Source: a virus. Taken from it: a DNA stretch of 64,000 nt. This document shows positions 9,221 through 19,126 of the stretch, piece after piece. The notes below the pieces were generated by a model. That model was not told where the DNA came from. It did not search any database and saw nothing but the letters and a program-made list of their open reading frames with translations. Each line of letters opens with the position of its first letter. Positions within the stretch are counted from its first letter, which is position 1. The position numbers and the translations under genes are program-made. Location of the stretch: the IMG/VR virus record IMGVR_UViG_3300042521_002634, positions 34,427 to 98,426 of that record. One strand, 5' to 3'.

Positions 9221-10948
9221 TTACACCTCTGTTGTTGGCGTCGGCTCTGTCGTCTTTTCTGGTGTCGGCGTCTCTACTGGCGATTCGGCAGCACTCGGCT
9301 GCGCTGTCTCTGTCTCTGGCGCGCCCTGCAAAATCTGCTGTAGTGCAGACGGCACAGGCGCGACGCTCGTAGCTTGCTGTGCGCTTCTTGCAGCGTCCAT
9401 GACGTCAGGCGCGATCGCCGTCAGCACAGCTTGAGTAAGTTCAGGAGAGATTACGCCCTTGTCGATTATCATACGAAGAGCGACTTCCTTAGCTGTTGGT
9501 GCGTCGGCCTCGCTAAATCCATGAGCACGGCGCCAAGTATCGTATGAAACTGCACCACGGTCAAATCCACTGTCAGCGTCTGCAGCGCGGTCATTACGAG
9601 TTGATACCTGCGATGGGTCGTACCAAGCGACAATTCGTGAAACTTCCGTTGGATCAAATCCATTAGCAATCAAGTATGGACGCAGATAGACAACTGTCAG
9701 CGCGTCGGCGATAAGCAGCATCAACGGTTCGATGTGAGCCTTATACAACGACTCATCAATTTGAAGTGCGTTGCTATACTTTACGTTTGCCATTCCGGTA
9801 ACAACATCTTTTGGAATGTCGATGCCTTGAAGAATACGCTCAAGAACACGGTCAGCTCGCTGAGCAAGTGACGGGTCGAACGAACGCTCGAACTTGAACT
9901 GCTTAATCTTGTCACCAAGCTCTGCTGGGCCGCGAATGATCAACGGTACAACAGCGCTTGCTGAGTCCTCGTCGCGGATCGGCGTCGTCATAGCATCGAT
10001 CAGCGCGTCTTCAAATTCGTCTTGTTGCTCTTCAGGCGTCGGCATTGACTCAAAATCTGAGCCCGTGTCGTAAGGATAGTCAGGATCTGGATTAGCAGCG
10101 ACGCTAAGTCCGTCTGGCAAATACAAAGCTCCTGCGTTTAATCGTGACCGCGCAGTTGCACGGAACGTGCGATTCAAAAGCATAAGTTCAGCGCAGAGAT
10201 CTAACAGTCCACGAAGCGATGAATCTGCTTCGTCGCTGTAGCGAGGATGCGCGCGCCAGATGCGGCCAACAAACGCACTTCCTGGAACTTTAATTCCGCC
10301 TTTGCGTGTAGCGTCCTGACCAGACAACTCTCGTCGAGGCGAGATGACGTAGTTACCGCGCGTGTCAAGCGACACTTCGTCTACTGAGCGAATGTCCCAT
10401 GACTCTGGAATACTGTGCCCGGGACGCGCTGGCATCTGCACGAGATAGCACTCGCCTGCAACGCTAAGATTCAACGCTGCGTCTCGAAGCATTCCAGCTT
10501 GGCCGCCGTAAGCAGAGTCAAGACGCGATAGCGCGCGTTCTGCTGCCGCGGCTAGTGCAGCGTCCACCTTAGTGGCTGAACGAACGTTGACAGGCATCTC
10601 TGCTGGGTTCTCAACAACTGCTGCGTGCAAACGAATTCGTGACACGACTGAGCCAACTAAGTTAAAAGCGTATTTAATTTCTCCAATAGCGTCGTAGTAC
10701 TCCCAGGCTTCAGACTGCCATTGGCTAGAACCAGCAGAGCGACGTTGCCTGAACATCTCTGCTTCATTCTTATTGTTTACGCTTACCTGTGCGGCAGCCG
10801 CTGTAAGACCGCGCGGCGCGTTATATGGAACTGAAATAGCTGGTGAGTATCCAGAAGGCACGATAAGCGAAGATGACAATACCTGCGGATTAGTAGCGTT
10901 TGTGCGACGTGTTCGTGCTATTGATTGATTGCGCCTGAAGACGCCCAT
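9221..10948 (-). CDS. Portal protein
   Basis: 575 aa; WQSEAWEYYDAIGE, LSVAGECYL, IWRAHP, SAVVPLI motifs of actinophage portals; downstream of terminase. Confidence 0.8.
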   Translation of the reverse strand: MGVFRRNQSIARTRRTNATNPQVLSSSLIVPSGYSPAISVPYNAPRGLTAAAAQVSVNNKNEAEMFRQRRSAGSSQWQSEAWEYYDAIGEIKYAFNLVGSVVSRIRLHAAVVENPAEMPVNVRSATKVDAALAAAAERALSRLDSAYGGQAGMLRDAALNLSVAGECYLVQMPARPGHSIPESWDIRSVDEVSLDTRGNYVISPRRELSGQDATRKGGIKVPGSAFVGRIWRAHPRYSDEADSSLRGLLDLCAELMLLNRTFRATARSRLNAGALYLPDGLSVAANPDPDYPYDTGSDFESMPTPEEQQDEFEDALIDAMTTPIRDEDSASAVVPLIIRGPAELGDKIKQFKFERSFDPSLAQRADRVLERILQGIDIPKDVVTGMANVKYSNALQIDESLYKAHIEPLMLLIADALTVVYLRPYLIANGFDPTEVSRIVAWYDPSQVSTRNDRAADADSGFDRGAVSYDTWRRAHGFSEADAPTAKEVALRMIIDKGVISPELTQAVLTAIAPDVMDAARSAQQATSVAPVPSALQQILQGAPETETAQPSAAESPVETPTPEKTTEPTPTTEV

Positions 10949-10984
10949 CAGTTTCTCCTCGTCATCAACGGAGCGTGTTTACGA

Positions 10985-11275
10985 TCAAACACGCGCGGCT
11001 ACTAGTCCTGTGATCGCGGACAGCGCTAAAACACACGCTACCGCAAACACTATGTTAGGTATCATAATATACATAACTACAGTCATTGATGATGTCCAAA
11101 CACTAGTGCACCAGTCACAGGTAATCAGGTAGCCGATGCCGCCTTGTTCGGGCGGATACTTTTTCCAGAGTCTTGTCCGTGCGCGATCAAGCAGTACATC
11201 GGTAGTAACAAGCCTAGTCAGGCGGTAAACGCCAAGAGCAAGCACGACGAAGTGAAATACTGAGATATCGGTCAT
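10985..11275 (-). CDS. DUF1360-like membrane protein
   Basis: YRLTRLVTTD...LITCDWCTSVW plus TM helices. Confidence 0.75.
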   Translation of the reverse strand: MTDISVFHFVVLALGVYRLTRLVTTDVLLDRARTRLWKKYPPEQGGIGYLITCDWCTSVWTSSMTVVMYIMIPNIVFAVACVLALSAITGLVAARV

Positions 11276-11646
11276 TCAGTTGGGTCCTTACTCGAGTGTA
11301 GTGTATTATACGGATTCCAGCTTCGTAATCTGCTTCCGCAACCGCAGCTATCGTCACGAACGAAGATAATCGTCTTACCCGTAGAGGTAGTTAGTGATGA
11401 TTCGGTACGGGCGCTTCCGCTCCAGTTCAACTGTTCAATCGGCTCGGAGAAGATCGTCACAGGTCCTTTGTGTGAGTCCGCCGCGATCAAAACCCGAGAA
11501 TCCGTAATCAGCACGCGAACCGCCTCAACAAGCCTCGTCGGTGGTTGCGGCTGGCTGGTCTTCGTCGTCAACTGCTCAAGCGAGATGCCGTGATTCTGCG
11601 GAGCAACAAGAACTCGAGCCGGAAAGATATCGTGAAGAACCTTCAT
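11272..11646 (-). CDS. Hypothetical protein (CGCGSRL motif)
   Basis: 124-aa ORF with ATGA overlaps at both ends. Confidence 0.7.
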   Translation of the reverse strand: MKVLHDIFPARVLVAPQNHGISLEQLTTKTSQPQPPTRLVEAVRVLITDSRVLIAADSHKGPVTIFSEPIEQLNWSGSARTESSLTTSTGKTIIFVRDDSCGCGSRLRSWNPYNTLHSSKDPTE

Positions 11647-12176
11647 CTTGTAATTCTCCTATTTATCGCGCGATAGGTAACTTCTGCAGCCGCGGCGATC
11701 TCTCTAACCGTAACGCCTCTCGAGTACAGCGTGTTCACTAACTGCGTGAAATCCGCGTTCGCTTTTCCATAGGCGGAGGAGGTAGAAGAGGTAGATCTAT
11801 ATCTACTTGCGAGTTGCGCTAAAGCCTTGATACTACTCTTGTCAACTTCAGTGAGCCCCGGTGAAGCGTGCGGCATAACGTTCTTGCGCTTCGGCGCGTA
11901 TCTATCCTTCTTGGCGGGGGCGGTAGGAACGGGGTGAACTGAGTGAACTAAATTAAAGCTTGAGTTTTTCACCGCGGATATTGTTGAATCGGAAGAAGAA
12001 GAGGGAGAGATCCAAGATCTTATTGTAGATCGGGAGCGGGGCGGCGCACAGGCCTTGCCCACGGCTGACATCGACCAACCTGCGGCGACGAGCTCGCGAA
12101 CACGGGCCTTTAACTCGTTACCCGACAATGCGCCGAGGAGGCGGTGCTCACTCTCAGGTAACTGCGCTCTCTCCAT
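11643..12176 (-). CDS. Tandem helix-turn-helix DNA-binding protein
   Basis: GWSMSAVGKA...RSTIRSW and GVTVREIAAAAEVTYRAINRR; TGATACAAT just upstream suggests a leaderless transcript. Confidence 0.7.
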   Translation of the reverse strand: MERAQLPESEHRLLGALSGNELKARVRELVAAGWSMSAVGKACAPPRSRSTIRSWISPSSSSDSTISAVKNSSFNLVHSVHPVPTAPAKKDRYAPKRKNVMPHASPGLTEVDKSSIKALAQLASRYRSTSSTSSAYGKANADFTQLVNTLYSRGVTVREIAAAAEVTYRAINRRITR

Positions 12177-12528
12177 TGCACTATTGTATCATACTTAATT
12201 GTGTACATCGCTGCCTTGTTTGACGAACACGACAATACCTGCGGCGGAAAAATCACACCCTGCTTGCGCTGCTCTGCGTGCGTGCCGAAGGCACGCCGCG
12301 TCTTCTGCTAGTGTCATTCACCGCGGCGGAAGACTATGTACAAGGGGAAGTATAGTACCTTGCCATAATTGCCTTGGACGTGAGAGAGGGATATGGATAG
12401 AAATACAGAAAGTGTAAAGTGTCTCCAACTTTTTTAGAAAAATATTTTTTTCTTTGCGAAAAGTTGAGCGCGAGCGAAGAAAAAAGTTGCTCTACTTTTT
12501 TAGATTCCAAAGTTTTTATAATGATGAC

Positions 12529-12888
12529 ATGATGAAAAGAAAAAACATTGTGAGTGTGCTACAAAGTTTGAGTGAGAAAAGCGCGCGTGCAAAGAGCTTG
12601 CCTCCTCTCACTCGAGCAGAGATGAGCAAGTGGCGAGATCCATTTGGCAGAGAGATGTTGACTAGCGCCTCTGCGTTCGCTCAACAGAAAGAGAAAGCAG
12701 AAAAGAAAAAGCGATTTGTTGTTGTTCGACACAGCGATGGAAAAGCTTGGTCAGGTCCATGGCTTAACGATGGAAAGCGATTCTCCTCAGTAGAAAGCAA
12801 GTGGCACTACTTCTTGCGAGAAGAAGACGCGGAGCAAGCTGTAGAGCGCGAAGGCTTCGACTATAGAGTTGATGTGTTTGAAATGTAG
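12529..12888 (+). CDS. Hypothetical protein, probably leaderless, lone + strand cassette
   Basis: ATG 6 nt after TATAAT of the motif copy at 12506-12522; track start 12454 runs through the promoter. Confidence 0.65.
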   Translation: MMKRKNIVSVLQSLSEKSARAKSLPPLTRAEMSKWRDPFGREMLTSASAFAQQKEKAEKKKRFVVVRHSDGKAWSGPWLNDGKRFSSVESKWHYFLREEDAEQAVEREGFDYRVDVFEM

Positions 12889-12901
12889 AGCGTGACTATG
12901 C

Positions 12902-13345
12902 TTAGACGATGACGTTGATGAATGGTTCATCAGCGAACAAAGCTACAAGCATGTCCGCATCGACAGTGCCGGTTACCGCACGGTTGTTGGCCGCTTGATA
13001 TTGCTCTACCGCACGCTTAGTTGCGTCTGCATACCAGCCGTCTTTGTCAGTGCCTGCTTCATTGAACCCGCATTCGACTAAACGACGTTGAAGGTGATGT
13101 ACTGACAACGACTTGCGTGTTGCTGGGTTTTTGTAGATGCACATGTCAAGCCGCACGTCATCGCTGTCCGCACCGCTTGCGACAATTCCTACGCCAGACT
13201 TGACCGCACGCTTACGCGGCGCAGGTTCAGGTGTTGGTTCAGGTGTTGGTTCAGGAGCAGGCGCTACTGGCTGCTCTTCGACAACTACCGCAGCCTCTGC
13301 CACGACTGGAGTCTCTTCAACTGCTGGGGTTTCTTCGTTGCTCAT
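12902..13345 (-). CDS. Peptidoglycan-binding-domain protein with Pro/Glu-rich N-terminus
   Basis: VHHLQRRL...DGWYADATKRAVEQYQ...TGTVD (PG_binding_1-like). Confidence 0.7.
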   Translation of the reverse strand: MSNEETPAVEETPVVAEAAVVVEEQPVAPAPEPTPEPTPEPAPRKRAVKSGVGIVASGADSDDVRLDMCIYKNPATRKSLSVHHLQRRLVECGFNEAGTDKDGWYADATKRAVEQYQAANNRAVTGTVDADMLVALFADEPFINVIV

Positions 13346-13395
13346 TTGTTTACCGTACTTTCTTTAAAGACTTGATGTGTAATTGTATACCCGCA

Positions 13396-14811
13396 CTAGC
13401 GAGGCGAGAACACACGGCCACCGCCGCGGCCATTGCCGTTCCTAAAGCTTGGCAAGCGTCTGTGCGCCAACGACTTGGCTGTGATAGTTCCTCCGAGGAA
13501 GCCCGCAGGTGGCTTGATTAGCAAAGCAGTAAGTGCGTGAACTAAGGCGTCAACTCTGTCTGGTGACTTGCCTTCACCTGGAATCCATGCGCACATCTGC
13601 GACTCGAGGTCCGCAAGATAATTGACGTGATGCACGCGGTTTTGCTCGTAGGCAAGTGTGATTGGTTCAGCACGCAAGGCTTTGCCGACCTTTGAATGAA
13701 CCTCAAATACTTTGATCGTTGGGTCGATTGTGTTGATGGCATTCCGCACTAGTGCGCCGCCTTGGTTTACTTCTGCTACAACAGGGCACGACCACTTGCG
13801 CGCCATTTGAACTACCGTATTGGCCCAGCGGTCTGGCGCGCCAAGAAGTGACGCGTCCTCGAGAACCCATGAATGACGCTTGTACAAGTCACGTTCGCCT
13901 GTGGAAGCAACAACAACAATCCCGCATTCGTCGCGCGGATTCTCGGCTACGGACGGGTCGACGCCGATGCAGCGCAATGGCGCGCCAAGCGGCAGTTGTT
14001 TTTCCCGGGCGCGTTCAATCAGCTCGATAGTCCACAGCGCGCCTTCGATGTCACTAAGCATTTCACCGTAGAGCTCTTGAGCTGCCAACCGAGTGCCCTC
14101 GTAAACGCCTGTGATTGCGTCAAGATAGGTGCTTGAAAGGTTGCCCGCATTGTCAAGTGTCGAACCTCGTGACACGACAACGCGCCCAGTTTTTTCTGCC
14201 TCGTTCAGCAAGCCGTACAGCATTGGCACACGCTTTGGCGTTGTAGTGCAGATGATTTGTGGATTGGCGCCAAGACGAGTTGCAACTCGAACGTTGTCCC
14301 ACGACGTCATGCCCGCAGCGTCTGGCGACTGACGCCACGCCGCAATCTCGTCGCACCAGGCGTAGTGAAACTGAGGACCGCGAAGGCCGTCGGGTTCGTC
14401 AGCAGTAAAGCAAGTAGCCGTATTTCCGTTGGGCCAAGTCAGACGGCGCTTCGATGGCTCGTATAGTGGGCGCTCGCTTGGCGGCGAAACAGAAATGATA
14501 CCAGATTCGCCTTCAACAATTACGTCACGAACGTCGGCTGCAGTACGAGCGACAAGGGCAAAGCGAAGTTGGCCCATGTTTGTGACCTTAGCTCTATCAC
14601 GAACCCACTCCGCAGCTGACCGCGTCTTACCAGCACCGCGGCCAGCGAGGTACATCCATATTGACCAGTCATCTCCCGGCGGTGGCACTTGTTCCGGCCT
14701 TGCCCAGAGTTTCCAGTCCCACACAAGAAGCTCTGGGTCGATTCCGTCGAGAACTTTGTCACGCTCTTCGCGCGGCAACTTAGCAAGCTCTTCCATGATG
14801 CTCTTGGCCAT
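13396..14811 (-). CDS. terL: Terminase large subunit
   Basis: Walker A AGRGAGKT, LRGPQF, Walker B WCDE, TTTP coupling motif, nuclease GVDP and SPDRVDA. Confidence 0.95.
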   Translation of the reverse strand: MAKSIMEELAKLPREERDKVLDGIDPELLVWDWKLWARPEQVPPPGDDWSIWMYLAGRGAGKTRSAAEWVRDRAKVTNMGQLRFALVARTAADVRDVIVEGESGIISVSPPSERPLYEPSKRRLTWPNGNTATCFTADEPDGLRGPQFHYAWCDEIAAWRQSPDAAGMTSWDNVRVATRLGANPQIICTTTPKRVPMLYGLLNEAEKTGRVVVSRGSTLDNAGNLSSTYLDAITGVYEGTRLAAQELYGEMLSDIEGALWTIELIERAREKQLPLGAPLRCIGVDPSVAENPRDECGIVVVASTGERDLYKRHSWVLEDASLLGAPDRWANTVVQMARKWSCPVVAEVNQGGALVRNAINTIDPTIKVFEVHSKVGKALRAEPITLAYEQNRVHHVNYLADLESQMCAWIPGEGKSPDRVDALVHALTALLIKPPAGFLGGTITAKSLAHRRLPSFRNGNGRGGGRVFSPR

Positions 14812-14823
14812 GGAGCTATTGTA

Positions 14824-15051
14824 CTACGAAGCAGCAGCCTTGTAGCCGCAAGGGCAGTGTTTTGAAAGCATTGGCATCATCCTTGCGCCACACCTCGGGC
14901 AGGGCTCTTCAACTGCCCTGCGCGAGTGATCACGGTCGTCGTAGTGTTTGTACGAAGTTACGTCCGCATGCTTTTTGACAACATGAATCATCGCATCGTT
15001 CGCGCTGTCGTGTCTGGCATCGCAGAACTTGCACTTATGTTTGCCTGCCAC
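14824..15051 (-). CDS. Small zinc-finger protein
   Basis: CKFC...H...H and CPRC...CPCG; probable GTG start overlapping the upstream stop. Confidence 0.55.
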   Translation of the reverse strand: MAGKHKCKFCDARHDSANDAMIHVVKKHADVTSYKHYDDRDHSRRAVEEPCPRCGARMMPMLSKHCPCGYKAAAS

Positions 15052-15578
15052 TAAAGACTCCAGTGACCAAGACCACCGTTGTTGTACAGATACTTTGCAA
15101 CAGCGATGTTGCACTCGACAGCGAACAGAACGTCCAAGTGCCCAAACGGCTGTCCGCAGATCTGCATAGTCACTGTTTTCCAAGTTGAGTTGATCTGCAG
15201 CAGCCCGTAGTCTCTTGACTTGTCTCTGTTGAGAGTGCTGTTGTACGCAGTTGGAGTGCATCTTGACTCGCGCCAAGCGATGAATGAAAACTGTTCAACT
15301 GGCAAACCTGCCTCAGCAAACAGCGGCTCAAATTCCGGGCAGCGTCTACTTGACTCTACTGACAGCGCCTTTATCGAGCTTTCTGCAACTGAAGTGCTAG
15401 TAACTGGCGCCGCATCAATCTCGACAGCAGGCGCCACGCTTGAAGGCGTAGTTTCTGTTGCGATTTCTACACGAACTGGCTGCAGATCCGCAGGCTCACC
15501 AAATGTCACGCTTAAACTAAAAGAAGTCAAAGAGTAGCAAACGGCAGCACCAATTGTCACCTTGGTAGACGTCCGCAT
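15051..15578 (-). CDS. Secreted lytic transglycosylase (SLT-like)
   Basis: N-terminal hydrophobic segment; WRES, DYGLLQIN, NIAVAKYLY...GLGHW. Confidence 0.85.
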   Translation of the reverse strand: MRTSTKVTIGAAVCYSLTSFSLSVTFGEPADLQPVRVEIATETTPSSVAPAVEIDAAPVTSTSVAESSIKALSVESSRRCPEFEPLFAEAGLPVEQFSFIAWRESRCTPTAYNSTLNRDKSRDYGLLQINSTWKTVTMQICGQPFGHLDVLFAVECNIAVAKYLYNNGGLGHWSL

Positions 15579-15579
15579 G

Positions 15580-15921
15580 TTAGCGTCTCGAGTTTACGTC
15601 AAGGTCTTCTGTTCTAAGCATTACTGACCACACGCTGGACAGCGCGTTGCAGAATCTGTCATCACGCAGATGATGCATTCTGTTTTTGTAGTTGTCGTAG
15701 TCAAGTTCTTCAACCGCATTGAGCAAGAACTTTTGCCAAGACTCGTCTTTGATGAAGACACGATACGGGTAGTCTGAACCTGCATGCGTGATGATGTCAG
15801 CTTCTGCAAAGTCTGCAATTGCCTGAATCGACTCGAGATCTCGAGCACGCACTACGAGCGCGTCTGCATCTTCGCGGTGGCGAACCGCACTTAAAAAGCC
15901 TGTCTGTGTAAATACCCACAT
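15580..15921 (-). CDS. Conserved phage hypothetical protein
   Basis: MWVFTQTGFLSAV...LVVRAR...DYPYR...DYDNYK; GGAG RBS. Confidence 0.7.
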   Translation of the reverse strand: MWVFTQTGFLSAVRHREDADALVVRARDLESIQAIADFAEADIITHAGSDYPYRVFIKDESWQKFLLNAVEELDYDNYKNRMHHLRDDRFCNALSSVWSVMLRTEDLDVNSRR

Positions 15922-15988
15922 TATTATTTCTCCTTGTCATTTTGTCTTTTTGCGTAGCGGGATTGCTACGACTTTATTCAGCGCGATG

Positions 15989-16174
15989 CTAGATGTTGGT
16001 TTCTTCCATCGCTTGAATTTCTTCAAGTGACGCAGACTCTACCGTAACCGAGCTGCCGTACTCTTCTCTCATTGAACGAGCGTATGAAACGCGACGCTCA
16101 GGAGTGACATACGCGACGATGGACTTACCATCACGCGTGATTGTCGTAACCTTGTACATTTCTGGTTCTTTCAT
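15989..16174 (-). CDS. Small hypothetical protein
   Basis: AAGGAG RBS before ATG 16174; TATAAT at 16196-16201. Confidence 0.6.
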   Translation of the reverse strand: MKEPEMYKVTTITRDGKSIVAYVTPERRVSYARSMREEYGSSVTVESASLEEIQAMEETNI

Positions 16175-16208
16175 TTCTGTCTCCTTTGTTAGTTCATTAT
16201 ACACTGCT

Positions 16209-16775
16209 TTAGAATCCAAACTTTTTTCGACACTCAGGTCCAAGTTGCAACTCACGAGAGCGAACATCTGTGAGCTCAGCTCCACATGAACCGCAGCACG
16301 AGTAGTGCTTGCCGAAGAGTTGCGTGTACTTGTACGGATCAACCGAGAGAATTGCGACGACTTCTTTAGTCTGCTCCGCTGTAAGCTTGCCGCGGTTAAA
16401 CGCGCCCGGAGCTCCATGGAGCGTGCGAATGTAGAGAGTGTTCATGTACTCTTTGATCTCAACAAAAAGCAAGTCATTTGCTACTTTGACTGACGACAGC
16501 TCGAGTTCGTCCGCAGGGATTGCGTACTTTGATTTCGGCACGCTTGCGAGAAGTGTCTGCATTCCGCCGGTCGCTTTCACGCGCTTAGGCAGCGCCAGAA
16601 ACGAGCTGATGTCCGAGCTTGCGTGCGACTTTGTGTAGTGGCCAGCAGAGATCGTGTCTTCAATGTGCTCCGCAGTATCCGCGTCAACCTCTCGGGTTGC
16701 GAGCAAGTCGCGGACAAAGCTGATCTGCTTTGGAGTCGCCATGTGGCGAAGTGTGTCTACGGCAGTAATTGTCAT
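16209..16775 (-). CDS. DUF6011-like zinc-ribbon protein
   Basis: ATPKQISF N-terminus; CGSCGAELTD..S..LGPEC C-terminus; start reset to the ATG after the GAAGGAC RBS. Confidence 0.75.
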   Translation of the reverse strand: MTITAVDTLRHMATPKQISFVRDLLATREVDADTAEHIEDTISAGHYTKSHASSDISSFLALPKRVKATGGMQTLLASVPKSKYAIPADELELSSVKVANDLLFVEIKEYMNTLYIRTLHGAPGAFNRGKLTAEQTKEVVAILSVDPYKYTQLFGKHYSCCGSCGAELTDVRSRELQLGPECRKKFGF

Positions 16776-16910
16776 AACGTCCTTCAGTCGGGCCAAGCGG
16801 GTTTGCTTGACAATTAAATTATATAAACTCTGGAAAATGCTCAACTAAACTCGAGTTGAGAAGACTGCTTGAAGAGCCGGGCCCCAACCGGCCCGGCTCC
16901 TCGAATTCAA

Positions 16911-17216
16911 TTAGAATTCGTAGCAGTAGTATTCGTGGCGCTCGCCGACGTAGAGCTTGAGGCCGCCTCTCATCGAGGATCCTTGCAGTACGTACTGGCC
17001 ATTCGCGCGAAGCGTGAACGTCATTGTTTCGCCTTGTGGATTTGGTGTGATAATCCACTGATTGCTCATTGGCGCACCGGTTGCAACAGCGTTGTCGCGT
17101 TGGGCGACCACTGTTTTGTTGTTTTCACTGACCGCGATAACAGTCATCGCAATCGTGTCGGCGCAGAATGAGACGGATGCTCCCATTCCAATTTCTGGTT
17201 TAATCATGGTTTTCAT
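16911..17216 (-). CDS. Cassette hypothetical protein
   Basis: Own promoter motif and CAACGACGAAAGGAC leader. Confidence 0.75.
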   Translation of the reverse strand: MKTMIKPEIGMGASVSFCADTIAMTVIAVSENNKTVVAQRDNAVATGAPMSNQWIITPNPQGETMTFTLRANGQYVLQGSSMRGGLKLYVGERHEYYCYEF

Positions 17217-17323
17217 TTTTGTCCTTTCGTCGTTGTCAGGCTTGTTTGCTTGACAAGATAAATATATCATCTCTGGAACTCGAGTGGCCGGCCAGTTTGT
17301 GGCCGGCCGGCCGAACCTCGAGT

Positions 17324-17692
17324 TTAGCGGTTTGGGTAGAAGGGAATGTTAAGCAGTTTGCAGTGAGCGTCGATGAAGTCGATGATTGGTTTGCCGAATG
17401 CCGATATGCAGTCGTCGAAGTCGTCGCAGAAGTCTGAACCGGCGTAGTCGTAGCGTACGCCGTAGTTAAGTGTTTCGTCGGCTGAAAAGCCGATATTGAC
17501 GAAGTCGAAGACGTTGCCGTTGTAGTCGTGGCTGAAGTTGTTGAAAAACTCAGTGGTTTCGGTTGGGTCGTCGATGCCGGACTTAGTTGTAAGTAAGTAG
17601 GCGAGTGACAGTTTTGCGTCGAAGCTGACAGTTTCGTTGTCGATGTCGGTAAGCGTGATTTCGTAGGTGTCAGTTTTGAGTTGCGTTTTCAT
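17324..17692 (-). CDS. Acidic Asp/Asn/Phe-rich cassette protein
   Basis: Own promoter motif and AAAGGAC RBS. Confidence 0.75.
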   Translation of the reverse strand: MKTQLKTDTYEITLTDIDNETVSFDAKLSLAYLLTTKSGIDDPTETTEFFNNFSHDYNGNVFDFVNIGFSADETLNYGVRYDYAGSDFCDDFDDCISAFGKPIIDFIDAHCKLLNIPFYPNR

Positions 17693-17747
17693 TTTTGTCC
17701 TTTTGTCGTTGTTGGTATATACATTATACAAACTCTGGAACTCGAGT

Positions 17748-17909
17748 CTACTGATCGTTCAACCGTACAGCAATCAGTCCAGCCAACCCAAAGGCTATCG
17801 GCACAGGTGTGTTGGCGCCGGCAATGGCAGAAACGACTGAGACTACTCCGCAGCCTGCTGCCACTACCGACGTCCAAATAACGTCACGAAAACGTGAACG
17901 CCAGTTCAT
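17748..17909 (-). CDS. Small membrane protein (53 aa)
   Basis: MNWRSRFRDVIWTSVVAAGCGVVSVV...; TAATG overlap with upstream gene; below track cutoff. Confidence 0.55.
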   Translation of the reverse strand: MNWRSRFRDVIWTSVVAAGCGVVSVVSAIAGANTPVPIAFGLAGLIAVRLNDQ

Positions 17910-18250
17910 TAGGCCTTGCGGCGAGTGCGACCCTTGAGACGCGACGAAGCATCGCGAACTGGAGTGCCTGCTTCATTGATAAGTTTACGGGCCTTGCCGT
18001 AGGTTACGCCCAAAGCTTGAGCTACTTCTACAATTGGCTTTCCTTCTGCGTAAAGCTGCGCTGCAGCTTGTGGAGTTGGAGTTGACATTATTCCTCGTTT
18101 CGTTGTTTGTTGTTTGTGCCGCACTGGCTCGTCAGTTGGCGTCATTGCCAACTGAGCTCGGGAGCGTGCGATAAGCTCCTCCGCCTCGACGAGTAGCATT
18201 TCGCTACTCACGATCAAACTCATTAGTTCGCTCGATAAGGCTGAAGTCAT
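17909..18250 (-). CDS. HTH DNA-binding protein (start may be 18088)
   Basis: YAEGKPIVEVAQALGVTYGKARKLI. Confidence 0.7.
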   Translation of the reverse strand: MTSALSSELMSLIVSSEMLLVEAEELIARSRAQLAMTPTDEPVRHKQQTTKRGIMSTPTPQAAAQLYAEGKPIVEVAQALGVTYGKARKLINEAGTPVRDASSRLKGRTRRKA

Positions 18251-18345
18251 TTAGTTTCTTTCTCAGCAACGCGTTCTCTATTTCTAGCTCCGCGTTTCGT
18301 CTTTGTAAGTAACTCATTGACCATTCTTCTTCCTTTGTCATAGCG

Positions 18346-18666
18346 TCAGATCGATGGTATATCATTTTCGTCATAAAGTACACCTTGATCCGCATCTTTT
18401 TTAGGAGCTACTACTCCAAGTAAGGTTTTTGAATCTTTTTGCGCAAAACGCTTGACAGACCACACAGTTGCGAAGTGCACCGCTGGCAGCAGCAGCCCAA
18501 GGCTCGTGATGAAGACGATGCCGGCTGCGAGACTTGTTTCTCCAACAAACGGAATAACAATCAGTGGAATAGCAATTGCTAAACTTAAAAAGATAGCCGC
18601 AAACGTTCCTGGTTGATTTTTTGTCACTTGTTCCTCACTTTCAATTTTAATATACCACAATTGCAA
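18346..18666 (-). CDS. Two-TM membrane protein
   Basis: Two hydrophobic helices; start uncertain. Confidence 0.55.
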   Translation of the reverse strand: MQLWYIKIESEEQVTKNQPGTFAAIFLSLAIAIPLIVIPFVGETSLAAGIVFITSLGLLLPAVHFATVWSVKRFAQKDSKTLLGVVAPKKDADQGVLYDENDIPSI

Positions 18667-18759
18667 CCGCTCAGATCATTTACACGACCTCAGCCAGCCA
18701 CTTTTCAATTCCAGCCGGCGAAGTGACTCACAAACGCAGTGCGTGCCTGTGCAGACAGT

Positions 18760-19017
18760 CTAGCCCTGGGTTGGCAGCTGAATTTCTTGCCCAGGGTAGA
18801 TTGTAGACGTGCCAAGGTTTAGAACTAAGTCGTCCATGGCATTTACAACGTTGCCTGAGCAATTTGCCTGAGCGATGCCGTGTAGCGTCTGGCCTTCCTG
18901 CACTGTCACGGCCGGCGAGTTGCAAGTGTACTTGCCACTCTCTTGCGCGACCTTGACTAAGCCTACAGCCGCAACTGCTGCCAGGGCAACAAAAAACATT
19001 TTACGTGCTTTCGTCAT
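18760..19017 (-). CDS. Membrane-anchored LysM protein
   Basis: TM/signal followed by VTVQEGQTLHGIA...IYPGQEIQLP. Confidence 0.8.
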   Translation of the reverse strand: MTKARKMFFVALAAVAAVGLVKVAQESGKYTCNSPAVTVQEGQTLHGIAQANCSGNVVNAMDDLVLNLGTSTIYPGQEIQLPTQG

Positions 19018-19126
19018 TTAAGTCTCCTTCGTCATTGTAGTTGATAGTACTATTTTAACTTCTTTGGAACTGAGTTCCCTAAAGCTTAGCAGCCCGGGCG
19101 ACGATTCCCGGGCGCCAGCGATCTAA

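Noticed and set aside
16807-16834. TTGACA as a + strand -35 element
   Set aside because: No -10 at 16-18 nt spacing; it is the complement of the 5' leader hairpin
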